From positions 1 to 64,000 of IMG/VR virus record IMGVR_UViG_3300029923_000015: a stretch of DNA of 64,000 bases. One strand, given 5' to 3'. Made by a program: the position numbers and the translations under genes. Positions 48,401 to 59,140 of this stretch are shown piece by piece. Under the pieces are notes generated by a model. The model was given only the letters and a program-made list of their open reading frames with translations, had not been told where the DNA came from and searched no databases. Position 1 is the first letter of the stretch; each line of letters starts with the position of its first letter. This stretch comes from a virus.

Positions 48401-51400
48401 GAGATTACTGATGAGGAATATAATGATTTACCAGATGCGATTCTATCTAATGATCACAACGCTGCATTAAATAAGAATGTAGTAGCTCAAGCTGGTATAA
48501 GATATGACTCTTATATGGAAGCTGGATTACTTGGTTATAAAACTAAGGCAACTAATACTGGTTATTCATTAGAGAAAATGAGTGATAGTTCTCATGAAAA
48601 TTTTGTATTAAAACATTTAAATAAATACAAAGACTCTAGAGATATTGAGACGACCAATGAAGATAGTCGATTACAGAAAGAGGTTGACGATGCAAATTAT
48701 GAAGAGAATCATGATAATGCGGAATCTCAAGGCGTATCTCATCCAGGAGAAAGGGTAGAACCCTCAGAAAAAGTAGCTCCAGAACCAATATACACAGATG
48801 ACGCTGCTAATGATTTAGCAATGACGTTCCCACCTACAGACGATACTAATCCCCCTGTTATCTCTGAGACTAATGAAGAAAGAGAATCTAAATTTAATCA
48901 GGAAGCTATAGACAGAGAAACTAGGAGAGCCGGTCAAGAGGCGCAAGCAGAAGCATTTAAAATAGCTCAAGAAAAAGATAAGGTCCAAGCTAAAACTCTT
49001 CCATCAGACGATATTAAAACTCCATCAGAGGAATCAAACTCAGAACAGTCAGAGAATACAGAGGCTATTGACTCCGAAGAACAGGAAATATTGAAGGGAG
49101 ACATAGAATCTCTTGAGCAGTCTATGCAGGATCTAATCCACAGTGAAGAAGATGTAGCAAGTCCGACCCAAGAAGAAGGTTCAGAATCTGTGGAGGTAGC
49201 AGAAAAAAAGGACGAAGTAAAAGATATAGAAGAAGCTGGTGGATTTGTTTCGTCGTTTAGAGTAAATAGACTATTCTTTGGAGTTATGTCTGACGAATTA
49301 GCTAAATCAGTTAGGAAACTTTCTACTGGTGGCTTTAAAAGTTCAAAACAACTTGGAGAAATGCTTCGCTCAGAGAATGCTTTATCTGATTGCGAGTTCG
49401 AAATATATGTTACTCCTGATAATAATGGAATATTTGCAATTGGTAGTAAATCTACGTACGATTATGCTAATATCTTAGTAAAAATAACTAAGAGATCAGG
49501 AGATCATTCAGGAGATTATCTGTCTGTTGTTAGGGACCCTCGCGTCTTGCTAAAAGATAGTGACGCAACTCCGACTGGAGATGATACCACGGACTTGTCT
49601 AAGTTCAGAGAGAATATAATAAATCTAGTCCCATTGACCATGACCAAAAGTGATGGTAAAACGACTAAGACTAGAAAGATTGTGGCTACTTCTATAAAAC
49701 TAGTTGATGGCATAATTAATACTTTGAGAGATAAGACAAACCCAATTATTCATGTCCAAAGGAAGCTAGAAGAGATTCCTGGTTTTAACTTACCTAGATT
49801 GGGAGATGGGAAGGTTAATTGGAATTTAGTTAATACAAAAACAATAAATTTACTTTATGGTGGTGGGGAAACAAATTATAACGATTTACTCACTCCGGGA
49901 GGATCCGCATCTGGGTTTAGCACCAGAGAAACTAATGCTGGTAATGCATACTTATTAGTTCCTGGCAATGTTTCAAAATCCCCTAAAAGGGTCCATGTTA
50001 ATATGAAGCAATTTAGCAGGGAAGATCCATCTGTGGTTAACTTCATAATTGGGTTATTGACTGGTGATGGGAGAACGTATATAAATACTAAAGGGAAATT
50101 AACAGATTCTGGTATCAGTGCTTTTGACATGATCAATAAAATTGTTAATTTTGGACCAACAACAGAAGTTGGAGAGAACAGGACTGCAGAACAAAGAATA
50201 TTTCTTACGCCTAAACAGTTTTACGTAGACTCTAAATTTGGGTTTATTCAACTTGGAGAAAACAAAATGAATCTAGATGAACTTAGAACAGAGTCTGGAA
50301 TAACTAAGTTAAGAGAATTTGTAACATCTAATTTGCACTGGAATCTAGATAAAAATGATCTTGTAAATACTAGCGAGAATGTTATTGGAGAAAAAGACAA
50401 TAAGATAAAGGATCTATTTCCATCATTAAGTAGGGTGTTTAATGACGAGACAAATAGTATCACGTCGGCTACATTTGCAGAAGGATTAACTATATCTAAA
50501 GATGATATGGAATTGACATGGGCTGCGTGGTTGCTAAAGAATGGCAAAATTACATCTGACGCCATTGACGATATATTTACTCCTCCATTTATGCATTTAG
50601 AGGCATTTAAGGTTATCGATAATGAAGATAATGCAATTGTATCAACTAATGGTGGAGAGTTGCTTAAAACGCCTCCAGTGAATCCACAACTGCTGTCTAG
50701 CGTAATAGATTCTGTATCGGATAAAGATATAGACGTCCCAATCAAAAAAGAGACAGGAAAGACTCCAACATTTGCGGATCTGAAACGGAAAAAACGTAAT
50801 CTTCCGAAGGGCCCTTCTGCTTTAAGTATACTGAAAGAGGACATAAAGGAAAGAGTTAACTTCGCTGTTGAGTCAAAATGGATTGTGTCCAAGTTAGGTA
50901 TGGAAATAGAAGACATCCACGAACTAGATAGAGTATTAACTCTTGCTGGCGATAGACAGGCTATGGGCGCTATGTATGAAGATTCTATAGCAATATGGAA
51001 AGGGTCTGAAGAAGGTACTGGGTATCATGAAGCTTGGCATAGAATTTCTTTACTTATGTTTAGTAGGGCTGAACGAGTTAAAGTCTATCAAATAGTAAGA
51101 GATTCTGTTAAGTCAATGAAAAATGCGGATAGTAATTCCGTTGAAGAGTACTTAGCAGAAAGATTTAGACAATGGAAACTAGATAATGAATCTATTAATG
51201 ACCATTATGGGATAAAGAGATTCTTTAGGATAGTTGCTAATTTTACTAATAAACTACTTGGTTTATCGCCAAAAAGCCTAGATAGGTTATTTAAGGATGT
51301 TGAACTTGGTGTGTTTAAAGGTCATTCTATTAATCAAAACAGCTTAAGAGAATTTAAAGACAAGTATGGTGATGCTGCTCCCTATGGAATAACGGAACTT

Positions 51401-54400
51401 AATTTAAATAATATACAAACTTATACTCAATTGTTTGAGATAAGGGATGCGCTGTTATATACTTTATTTAGAGTAAATGGAGTTTCAGGAATAGACAAAA
51501 ATGTTGAGGATATTGACTTTGGTAAATTAAATGCTACTATAAAACAATCAGCAGAAGAAGAGACTGACCCACAAAGAAAAGCTTTGTTCGAAGAAATCCA
51601 TGATCGATTCGAAGAGGTATTTATTCCTAAATTGAAACGCTCTCTAACATTAATGGGAATAAGAGAGATTGACGAGTATAATGCTACCGATACTAGTTCT
51701 AATCAACTTGCTGATGAAATGGCTGACCACTCCAAAGCCTCTTATGAGATATCCAAAAAGGATAATATAAGGACTGGAGTAAAGATGTTCATTGCAACAA
51801 TGGAGCACTCTGAAATTAAAGATGGCGAATTAGAGTTTATTGAAGAACCAATGACCGGTTTATACAAATTTATACCATTTGACGTTGCGTGGAATACCAT
51901 GATATCTCATTTGTCAAATGAAAGGACTGTAGAGTCTATGATTGGAAAGATATCTAGACTATCTGAAAATAACGCATTTTATAGGAATTTACTTGAGAGA
52001 ATAAGCGAATTAGACGAAGATGGGAATCCCATGCTAGACGAGAACTTTAAGACTCAATTTTGGAATACAATGTTCAGCTTAAGACATGAGTTCATTAACA
52101 TTGGATATAAAGAGCAATTGCAGTCCCAAAACCAAGTAGAGTCATTGTTTAATGTAATGGACAGTGATGTGGATAGGGCTACCAAGACGTTGCCATTGGC
52201 TTGGGGCCAAATGTTATCAGAAGATGAAAATATATATCCTACTGATGCGAATGGACAAAAAACATTTAATGCAAAATACGTTGAATCAATTAGAACTGAG
52301 TTTAGAGATGGTATTTCTAATCCAGTTAATTGGTCTAAAAATGGTATAGATATCGCTACGGAAGAAGGAAGACGTCAAGTAATAAACAAAATAGTATCAT
52401 TATACAGCAAACTCGGAGTTAACATAGACTCTGAAACAATAGAATACATGCTATCTAGTGGTAATGGAGGCCCAGAGAATTCAATAGAATCACTTATGGA
52501 TTATCTTACCAATAGGAAGTCAGGCAAAATGTATTTACTGTTCAATAATATACTTAAGTCTCTTATTGATAACGATGGGTCCATCTATAAAAAAGATAGA
52601 TATACTAAGATTAATAGGAAGATGAGCACAAAAAACATATTCCTAGGTGAAAAGTTTGCTAAAAACCTAGCCGCAGCATATATTAAGGTCCATCCATCCC
52701 CAGAAGAGGTAACTGTACTTGGTGCCGATGGAGCTAAATTATATCAGATATCATTAAATAATTACTTATCAGATAAAGTAAGAGACATAAATCAATCTCC
52801 AGAAGCTATTGATGAGTTACTAAAGTCTACTTATAATAGAGGAAGATTAGATCAAGGTGGAATTGGTACTGGATCCAGATTGCTTAGTCAACTTAGAACT
52901 GGGGTCGCTTCTAAAATCCAATTAAAAACATTCGTAAAGCTGTACGAAGAAGAGACTAAGGATAAAGGTAGAGACTATTTAGATATATCTCCCGCAGAAG
53001 ACTATGTGATGAAAATGGCAGCAATGTCAAAAGATTATATGTGTTTACCAACCATGGCAGATAAGAAAACATACATGTTTATATCTGGAATAAAACTTAT
53101 ACATGAAGGTATTATATATAATAGAACGGTCGTAGATAATCCAGATGGGACCTCTAATAATGTTATAAATATAGATTTCGGACCAGAGGCTAAGGATCAA
53201 TTAGGAGAATATTTTATTGCAGAATTATATACAATAAGAGATGCTTGGGATGAATATCAATTACAAGGAGGTGATCAGAATAAACTAGAAAAAGTGTATC
53301 ACTTTGGTGGCGAGAATATGAACACAGGCAAAAAGTGGTCTGAAAATCATGGCAATGGTTTGCGATTTAGGCACTTTGGAGATATGGTTCATGCGCTTTC
53401 AATTGGAGGCGAAGTAAAAACTTCTAATTTAAGTTTAAATGACTACTTAGATGCTGCAGTATTAGCAGATCCAAAAGATGGTTTAACTATTGCCTTAAAC
53501 AACTTAGAACGTATATTTATTACTAATAAAGATAGTGACATAGAACAGGGTGCTACTACCGTTAGAAATGATATGATTAATGCATCGTTAACTACTGCAT
53601 TATACCAGGAACTGGAATATTGTAAATCTATAGGTGTAATACAATATGATGGGTCAAATACATATACATTAAATAATAAACTATTAGATAAAGGCGATTT
53701 CAACAAACACTCATCAAATGCTAAAAATTCAGTATTCAGCAACACTTACGGCGGATACGAAAATCAAGCAGCTACTATTCAAATGATTGGGGAGGGATTA
53801 GTTAATGGAATCATATCTGTCAATGAGTTTGAAAAAATCATATCAAAAGACCCTTCGTTCTATCCAAATCCAGACTCTAAAATAAAGAGATTATCATCTA
53901 TACTTTCTACCGGGTCTAATCTTAGAACTGATTGGCCTGTTGGGCATAGACTAAGTGGAGTAACTAAATTTAATTCTTCCGAGTTAAATGACAATAAAGT
54001 AGGTAGCAATCAATTTGCTGAACTTAGAAATAGATTCCTTGCAAGTTCCATTAATAGTGAATTAAGAAAGTCGTTAAAACAGACAATACCTAATTTGCTA
54101 GACTTAATAAATAACAAGTTTTTGCCTATAGCCGAAAGAGATGTTGGTAAATTATCTGAATTAGAAGAGTTAAATAAACAATACAAAAAACAATTTGCTA
54201 TAGGATCTAAGTCTGTTGAAAATAGTTTCCTTGGATATGGTGAGAAAAAGATAAATGAGACTGATGCTACTGTTTATATATCTCCATCTATGTATAGGAA
54301 TATAGTAGAGATGCTTGGCGAATGGTCTCCGGAAATGGAAGATGCATTTAATTTACTTGAATCACCAGATCAATCATGGATGAATGATGATGTTAAGTAC

Positions 54401-57400
54401 ACTTCAGTTATGAATTTGGCTCTTAAACCATTGAAAATGATCTATTTTGGCGACAGAATCGATGAAATAAGGAATTTAGATATACCTAAACTTGATAAGA
54501 TGGCTATGTTCCCTCTTTTCAGGGCTCTAGCTGGAGGCGATCTATCTACTTTATATGACAGAATGAATATAGATGAAGTTGCCACAGGAATGCGTAAAAT
54601 CGATATGGTGGCATTTAATAGTGCTGTTAAAGTTGGTAATGGGAAAACTATGTCTTTTTACAAGGATGGTACTCAGTCAGAGATTAATGATCTATCGAAT
54701 ATGGCTCATGAAGAACAGGAGTATAAATATCTTAGACGTCAGCTATTAACAGATCCTCACGAGAGCGCTAACATTAATCTAGGCACACAAGCTAATAAAA
54801 CTGGATTATCAAACATATTATCAGATAAAACATACAGTAATATAGATCTAAATGGTAAAAAAGGTGCTACCGGCGCTGAATTGATTGCAATCGCAAGAGA
54901 GTCTAATATTGCCTTGTCTGATCTTGGTGTTAATTCCCTTTCTAAAGAATTAGGAGTTACAACAAATGAGAGTGGACAACAGGAGGTAAATGAAGACGAT
55001 TTATATAAATTATTATCTGAGGACGCTGAAAATTCTGGCATGTCTGTCGATATTATAGAAAAACTTAGTACTAAAGATGGTGAAAAAAGATATCCACTTC
55101 AGGGTTTACTAGATTGGAAATGGATTGAGTCAAGAATAATGGCTACTATTGGGAAGAAAGTTATTGACGTTCAGACCCCAGGAGGTATGTTTATTCAAAT
55201 GACTCCATTTGGTTTAAAATCTATAATGTCTCAACAATTAAATGAAGGTAAGATAAGTCAAGAAGATTATGATAAATCACATAAAGGGAAACATCTTATA
55301 AATAATGGTATGCCATTAAGATTCTTTGACGATGGATCTATGGAAACAGTTATTTCTATTACTATGTTTAAAGATGTACTACCAAAAGAAATAAAGAACT
55401 TTTCTGCTCAAAAACAATGGCTTATTGATAATAAAATAATAGGCCCAAATTCACAAGCATCATCTATTGGTTATAGAATTCCTACACAAGGCTTATCATC
55501 GATGTCATCATTAAAAATAGTAGACGTAATGCCTGCTAATATTGGAGATACAATAGTATTGCCTACTGAGTTTACCAAACTAACTGGTTCTGATTTTGAT
55601 ATTGATAAACTTTATATTGCTAGATATAACTTTAAAAAGAACGAATCAGGAGTGGTCGAAAAAATGAAATTCGATGATTCATTGTCTATCGATGGAAAAG
55701 ACTCGTATCATTCTAATTCAAAAGAAGCAGTTCAAAATAGACTTTTAGATGTATTTATGGCAGTTCTAACTGACCCAGATAGTACTCATGAAACTAGAAT
55801 GCCACTTGATACTGTGACTGATGAATTAAAAGACAATATACTTAGTGATGTTGAATCATTAATAAATGTAAGCGAAAAAACGTCTCCATTCAAATACTTA
55901 TCTCCATCATTTCAATCCAGGAAGAAAGAAGAGTATTCTACTGGTAAGCGTGGTATAGCTCCATTTGCATTAGGTAATGCCCATCATGTATTAACTCAAA
56001 CTGCAAAATTGGAGTTTAATAATAGAGGCCCAATTAGAAAATTCGAAATGAGTAGTTTGCACGATATAGATGGTATAGATGGTAAACGTATACTTGACTG
56101 GCTATCTGCTATGATTAATGCTCACGTCGATGTTGCTAAGGACCCTTATATTACTAGACTTAATGTTAATCAATACACATATAATACTGTCAGTTTATTA
56201 TTGAGAACAGGTATTGGTGGAAATTCGTTCTATTTTATGCCACAGCCCATATTAAAAGAAATAGCTAACGGTGTAAGACTTGTAGATGGTCAATATGGCG
56301 CCGACAAAATGGCTTCTGCTTTTGAAAAAGAAGAGCGCGTAGTTAGATCAGTCAGCAGAAAATATATGAATATGGCAAAGGTTGCTATATTAGCAGAAGG
56401 CGATGTCGATGAGAGGAAACAAAGATTACTTGATGGATTGAATAAATTTGATAAAAATAAACACAAAATACTAGATAATGGACACGTATTTGATAAAGAA
56501 TATTTAAGGACTCAATTAGCTAGCATTTCTGGAACATTTGAACATGCATATAATCAGCTACTCATATTTGAAACATATCAAGAACTTCAACCATTTTCTA
56601 AGTCATTGGCAGAATTAGTTAAGTATTCTCAGATTGACAATAAAAAATGGGGGAATAGCCTCACCTCTATTAAACTATTTGCCAAGAACGTTCAAGCAAT
56701 TAAAGAACTTGGTAATAAGAGCGTATTTAGAAATGTATCTCAATTCTACGCTGAAACATTTTTGAATGCTAAACTAAAGAATGCATTGAGTATGTCTAAT
56801 TTAGTCGGAAATGGTAGATTCTTCAGAACTACTGACTCGGTTGAAAATTTCATAAATAAAATTGCATCTAGAATAAATAGTAGAAATGTAATGAATGAAG
56901 ATACTGTAGTAGAAATTGCTAATGCAGTTGACTCATTAATAAAATCTAAATTCTATATTGATTTAGCTAAAGAGAATAATACAGATATAGGTGGAATATT
57001 CTTTGGCGATAATACAATTGCAAAAAGATTATATAAGATTAAACAAAAGATTAAAGACGAGGTTAGTGCATATGCATTATTAAGTAATAATACATTTTTA
57101 AATAATATTGAACCTGAAATATCAGAAGTAAATATAGATCCATATAATCAACGTCCTGATCATGTATATGTTACATCTTCTGTAAAAAACGATAATTATG
57201 CAACTGAAATAAAAGAATACTGGGGCGAGTTATTAGATAGTCCAATTCCTGAGGTCAAATCATTTGCACATGATTTTATACTTTATCAATACTTCTCTAA
57301 TGGTGAAAATGGTGCATTTAATCAAGTCAAACTTGGAGAAGATGTTAGATCTGATATTGGGTTTGGTGATTTTGTAAATAATAAATTAGAGGAATTTAAA

Positions 57401-59140
57401 AAGACTCAAGATCCATTTGAAAATGAGCAAGAAGCGATAGATCAGGTATTTAGAAATAGATGGTATGATGATAAAATAGTTCCTTCTACTTATATACATA
57501 AGAATCTAGGTACGTTTACAGATATAGGCGGTATGAGAATACCTGATACTTATAATGCCCCATCAATTCCTTCTAGGGCTGAGTACATTAAAGGTAAGAC
57601 TCATGAGGTAGTATTTATTCAATCTGATGCTAAAAACATAGGAATGGATGACATGAAAAACCCTATATTCAGGCCATATGTTAAAGTAGCCTATGATGCT
57701 GGTAGTGAAGGTAAATTCTATGTATTATACAAACAAGTTGGTACCGTTACTGATGAAGATGGTAAAATTAAACCAGTATATACTGCTACTGACAAGTCTA
57801 GTGAGAAAGTATCAGGCAGATCTATAGTTGAATTAGGTTTAGATAAGTCTATTGTTCCATCTAATACACTTAGAGAAAATGGTACTATACCGAATTTCTT
57901 ATTTACCTCTAATGAAATGTTTACTAGCGCTATTCAACAATTAGTTGCAGCGTATAATAATGATCCTAGATTTCAATCTGCTAGAGTTTCAAAAGATTCT
58001 GCAGATGCATTTTCTACTTTTAGACCACTTGATGAGCAAATAGAAGATGGTGAAGTATATGAAGATCAATATGATGAAGATATGATGGAAGCAAATCCAA
58101 TTGAGGATTTAAGGAATCAAATAAAAGAATACCTAGAAGTAGCAGAGAATACCAAAGATTATGAATCTGCTGCTAATTCATTAAATGATGACTTATCTGA
58201 ACAAGGATATTCTGACGCTCAAATAGATGCTTCTATGTACGAGTTTTCTAGATTACTATCTAACTCTCAACTTACAAAAAATAATACTACAGAAGAGCTT
58301 AAAACAAGCGTAGAAGCCTATTCTAAGGTAGTTATGGATACTTTATTAGATAATAACGTTTCTACAGACTATTTTAATGAGGCTGTTACTACCCCGACTA
58401 AGGTTACAACAGAAGCTGCCCCAGAAACGTTATTAACAGATATGAAAGATATAACGAATCACTCCGGAGGAGCTATCGGTGCTGATAGTATGTTTGATAC
58501 TATAGGCAGAGAATATGGAGTAATAAATCATATTCATTATTACCATGGATCTAAAACTCCGCTTGGCAATAGGGTATTGACACAATCAGAGCTAGAAGAA
58601 GGATGGTCTGAGGTTCAAAAAGCAAATACCCTCTTACATAGAAGGCCAGATGCATATAAAGATCTACTTAGTCGCAATTGGTTTCAGGTTAAAAATAGTA
58701 CTCAGGTGGTTGCAATAGCACCTATAGAAAATAATATGAAAACTGTTAAAGGCGGAACTGGGTGGGCCGTAGCAATGGCCCAAGTTAATGGAAAAGAAGT
58801 TAATGTTTTCAATCTTACAGATAACCTATGGTATAAATGGAATGGTGATACTTTCGTTAAGTCAGCAACCCCAATACTAGAAAAAGATTTTGCAGGAATA
58901 GGTAGTAGACAAGATGCTGGTAAAATGACTTTAGAGTCCATACAGGCAATTAGAGATGTATATGAAAATACTAAAAATTCTATTGAAAATAAACCAATTT
59001 CTTCTGTATCTATTTCAGAACAGGAATTATCTACTATAAATAAAACATTTCAAGATGCTGGGTTCCCAGCTATGACTATGGAAGAATATAATAATCTATC
59101 AGACGAAGACAAAGATAACTTAAAACCCTGCTTTTCATAA
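45440..59140 (+). CDS. virion-associated multi-domain RNA polymerase polyprotein (4566 aa)
   Basis: GYRIPTQG...TGSDFDIDK catalytic DxDxD (55592-55606), TDATVYISP, KPLK, KMAMFPL, SAVKVG, INAHVDVAKDP; HEAWH zincin motif (51026-51040). Confidence 0.9.
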   Translation: MPTNKQNRALAPKSFTDKLRVENTIGGLVSSSSALSESVDELKQSTGVVDRTPSQIQDDNESVFDKVTDAVSWITPSTKNSLKVVDWLSGSRITLANDLDRTKVDTDNGDLKMLQNKSDAVDYIQNIAPLEPLWPEVLRQVNLWKNRPMSERKSEDVKTSAPEPISKKNPFSDLNKFVSSTYGRQTTTEKLLSEKKQIEDRNSPIDKNGNVKNWVSDQHKAEVLAGNYKPSDDNTLKGSNVYKYLSDYEKSVADQTKFPFVEFGGDLPGIGDMPPYLRAAYIKHSGALRYYEQARKQMGGKDAFKNTFENTVYNYTPDQSVNKQKQLPSTWDLEKHINEIDYGNSDSFNSYKKTAVDYSKRVNAEIVDYRKSLLARSQPSEYYKQKMEEGNLLYTTPGTIGSSSSEALSQWGSMAAEITIAAIPSILKMPSLQPIADIVAAGVNVMMNVHQRNKEDLAEVEQQGNTKIDNTIKAAYGKTIEDFTDQELLAKVPYDKSNLTFMANAKGEFKRDGKLSENTKYDLTRGIRNGTYKTNDPVINEAIKSERKGLQEYWDRDQAFMLGDIVTSASVAIPGASFIKSSFSRLAKNAVEETSERMVGKLLSGESRAVRGLKTITDATRMAYDKSLGRFSKSKAAPYLSLAAIHTINAGSEYLEEGGQYVNGQNYIYDNQVENTKYMNSLIDGYAGGLTGVAQVLGLSNDNRYINRDDFQRNAVPGFVLGMIMPLPFTAMHVNSKIQEQVKDKQARKFVESQILPSVKKDFIDGSIISDLDSNTRMIKSQAYVNSAIQGRGAHVISNIEKMIANPPEGTTREQLQEELEIAKETIGIAESKQVKKFAKTDADLEGTEQYGSNNHKLLVGLIMDHRRSRSLSETAVAETNSTVVNTERKDFAANPVLGEYFKTINAKRQEEGKPVIDTIQQIKLVGLDNRLNSIAIAIKTKNASNDNEKAQGVDGYLSDSSKHFMHELLQDQKSTAAQIFKIKSDYEITDEEYNDLPDAILSNDHNAALNKNVVAQAGIRYDSYMEAGLLGYKTKATNTGYSLEKMSDSSHENFVLKHLNKYKDSRDIETTNEDSRLQKEVDDANYEENHDNAESQGVSHPGERVEPSEKVAPEPIYTDDAANDLAMTFPPTDDTNPPVISETNEERESKFNQEAIDRETRRAGQEAQAEAFKIAQEKDKVQAKTLPSDDIKTPSEESNSEQSENTEAIDSEEQEILKGDIESLEQSMQDLIHSEEDVASPTQEEGSESVEVAEKKDEVKDIEEAGGFVSSFRVNRLFFGVMSDELAKSVRKLSTGGFKSSKQLGEMLRSENALSDCEFEIYVTPDNNGIFAIGSKSTYDYANILVKITKRSGDHSGDYLSVVRDPRVLLKDSDATPTGDDTTDLSKFRENIINLVPLTMTKSDGKTTKTRKIVATSIKLVDGIINTLRDKTNPIIHVQRKLEEIPGFNLPRLGDGKVNWNLVNTKTINLLYGGGETNYNDLLTPGGSASGFSTRETNAGNAYLLVPGNVSKSPKRVHVNMKQFSREDPSVVNFIIGLLTGDGRTYINTKGKLTDSGISAFDMINKIVNFGPTTEVGENRTAEQRIFLTPKQFYVDSKFGFIQLGENKMNLDELRTESGITKLREFVTSNLHWNLDKNDLVNTSENVIGEKDNKIKDLFPSLSRVFNDETNSITSATFAEGLTISKDDMELTWAAWLLKNGKITSDAIDDIFTPPFMHLEAFKVIDNEDNAIVSTNGGELLKTPPVNPQLLSSVIDSVSDKDIDVPIKKETGKTPTFADLKRKKRNLPKGPSALSILKEDIKERVNFAVESKWIVSKLGMEIEDIHELDRVLTLAGDRQAMGAMYEDSIAIWKGSEEGTGYHEAWHRISLLMFSRAERVKVYQIVRDSVKSMKNADSNSVEEYLAERFRQWKLDNESINDHYGIKRFFRIVANFTNKLLGLSPKSLDRLFKDVELGVFKGHSINQNSLREFKDKYGDAAPYGITELNLNNIQTYTQLFEIRDALLYTLFRVNGVSGIDKNVEDIDFGKLNATIKQSAEEETDPQRKALFEEIHDRFEEVFIPKLKRSLTLMGIREIDEYNATDTSSNQLADEMADHSKASYEISKKDNIRTGVKMFIATMEHSEIKDGELEFIEEPMTGLYKFIPFDVAWNTMISHLSNERTVESMIGKISRLSENNAFYRNLLERISELDEDGNPMLDENFKTQFWNTMFSLRHEFINIGYKEQLQSQNQVESLFNVMDSDVDRATKTLPLAWGQMLSEDENIYPTDANGQKTFNAKYVESIRTEFRDGISNPVNWSKNGIDIATEEGRRQVINKIVSLYSKLGVNIDSETIEYMLSSGNGGPENSIESLMDYLTNRKSGKMYLLFNNILKSLIDNDGSIYKKDRYTKINRKMSTKNIFLGEKFAKNLAAAYIKVHPSPEEVTVLGADGAKLYQISLNNYLSDKVRDINQSPEAIDELLKSTYNRGRLDQGGIGTGSRLLSQLRTGVASKIQLKTFVKLYEEETKDKGRDYLDISPAEDYVMKMAAMSKDYMCLPTMADKKTYMFISGIKLIHEGIIYNRTVVDNPDGTSNNVINIDFGPEAKDQLGEYFIAELYTIRDAWDEYQLQGGDQNKLEKVYHFGGENMNTGKKWSENHGNGLRFRHFGDMVHALSIGGEVKTSNLSLNDYLDAAVLADPKDGLTIALNNLERIFITNKDSDIEQGATTVRNDMINASLTTALYQELEYCKSIGVIQYDGSNTYTLNNKLLDKGDFNKHSSNAKNSVFSNTYGGYENQAATIQMIGEGLVNGIISVNEFEKIISKDPSFYPNPDSKIKRLSSILSTGSNLRTDWPVGHRLSGVTKFNSSELNDNKVGSNQFAELRNRFLASSINSELRKSLKQTIPNLLDLINNKFLPIAERDVGKLSELEELNKQYKKQFAIGSKSVENSFLGYGEKKINETDATVYISPSMYRNIVEMLGEWSPEMEDAFNLLESPDQSWMNDDVKYTSVMNLALKPLKMIYFGDRIDEIRNLDIPKLDKMAMFPLFRALAGGDLSTLYDRMNIDEVATGMRKIDMVAFNSAVKVGNGKTMSFYKDGTQSEINDLSNMAHEEQEYKYLRRQLLTDPHESANINLGTQANKTGLSNILSDKTYSNIDLNGKKGATGAELIAIARESNIALSDLGVNSLSKELGVTTNESGQQEVNEDDLYKLLSEDAENSGMSVDIIEKLSTKDGEKRYPLQGLLDWKWIESRIMATIGKKVIDVQTPGGMFIQMTPFGLKSIMSQQLNEGKISQEDYDKSHKGKHLINNGMPLRFFDDGSMETVISITMFKDVLPKEIKNFSAQKQWLIDNKIIGPNSQASSIGYRIPTQGLSSMSSLKIVDVMPANIGDTIVLPTEFTKLTGSDFDIDKLYIARYNFKKNESGVVEKMKFDDSLSIDGKDSYHSNSKEAVQNRLLDVFMAVLTDPDSTHETRMPLDTVTDELKDNILSDVESLINVSEKTSPFKYLSPSFQSRKKEEYSTGKRGIAPFALGNAHHVLTQTAKLEFNNRGPIRKFEMSSLHDIDGIDGKRILDWLSAMINAHVDVAKDPYITRLNVNQYTYNTVSLLLRTGIGGNSFYFMPQPILKEIANGVRLVDGQYGADKMASAFEKEERVVRSVSRKYMNMAKVAILAEGDVDERKQRLLDGLNKFDKNKHKILDNGHVFDKEYLRTQLASISGTFEHAYNQLLIFETYQELQPFSKSLAELVKYSQIDNKKWGNSLTSIKLFAKNVQAIKELGNKSVFRNVSQFYAETFLNAKLKNALSMSNLVGNGRFFRTTDSVENFINKIASRINSRNVMNEDTVVEIANAVDSLIKSKFYIDLAKENNTDIGGIFFGDNTIAKRLYKIKQKIKDEVSAYALLSNNTFLNNIEPEISEVNIDPYNQRPDHVYVTSSVKNDNYATEIKEYWGELLDSPIPEVKSFAHDFILYQYFSNGENGAFNQVKLGEDVRSDIGFGDFVNNKLEEFKKTQDPFENEQEAIDQVFRNRWYDDKIVPSTYIHKNLGTFTDIGGMRIPDTYNAPSIPSRAEYIKGKTHEVVFIQSDAKNIGMDDMKNPIFRPYVKVAYDAGSEGKFYVLYKQVGTVTDEDGKIKPVYTATDKSSEKVSGRSIVELGLDKSIVPSNTLRENGTIPNFLFTSNEMFTSAIQQLVAAYNNDPRFQSARVSKDSADAFSTFRPLDEQIEDGEVYEDQYDEDMMEANPIEDLRNQIKEYLEVAENTKDYESAANSLNDDLSEQGYSDAQIDASMYEFSRLLSNSQLTKNNTTEELKTSVEAYSKVVMDTLLDNNVSTDYFNEAVTTPTKVTTEAAPETLLTDMKDITNHSGGAIGADSMFDTIGREYGVINHIHYYHGSKTPLGNRVLTQSELEEGWSEVQKANTLLHRRPDAYKDLLSRNWFQVKNSTQVVAIAPIENNMKTVKGGTGWAVAMAQVNGKEVNVFNLTDNLWYKWNGDTFVKSATPILEKDFAGIGSRQDAGKMTLESIQAIRDVYENTKNSIENKPISSVSISEQELSTINKTFQDAGFPAMTMEEYNNLSDEDKDNLKPCFS

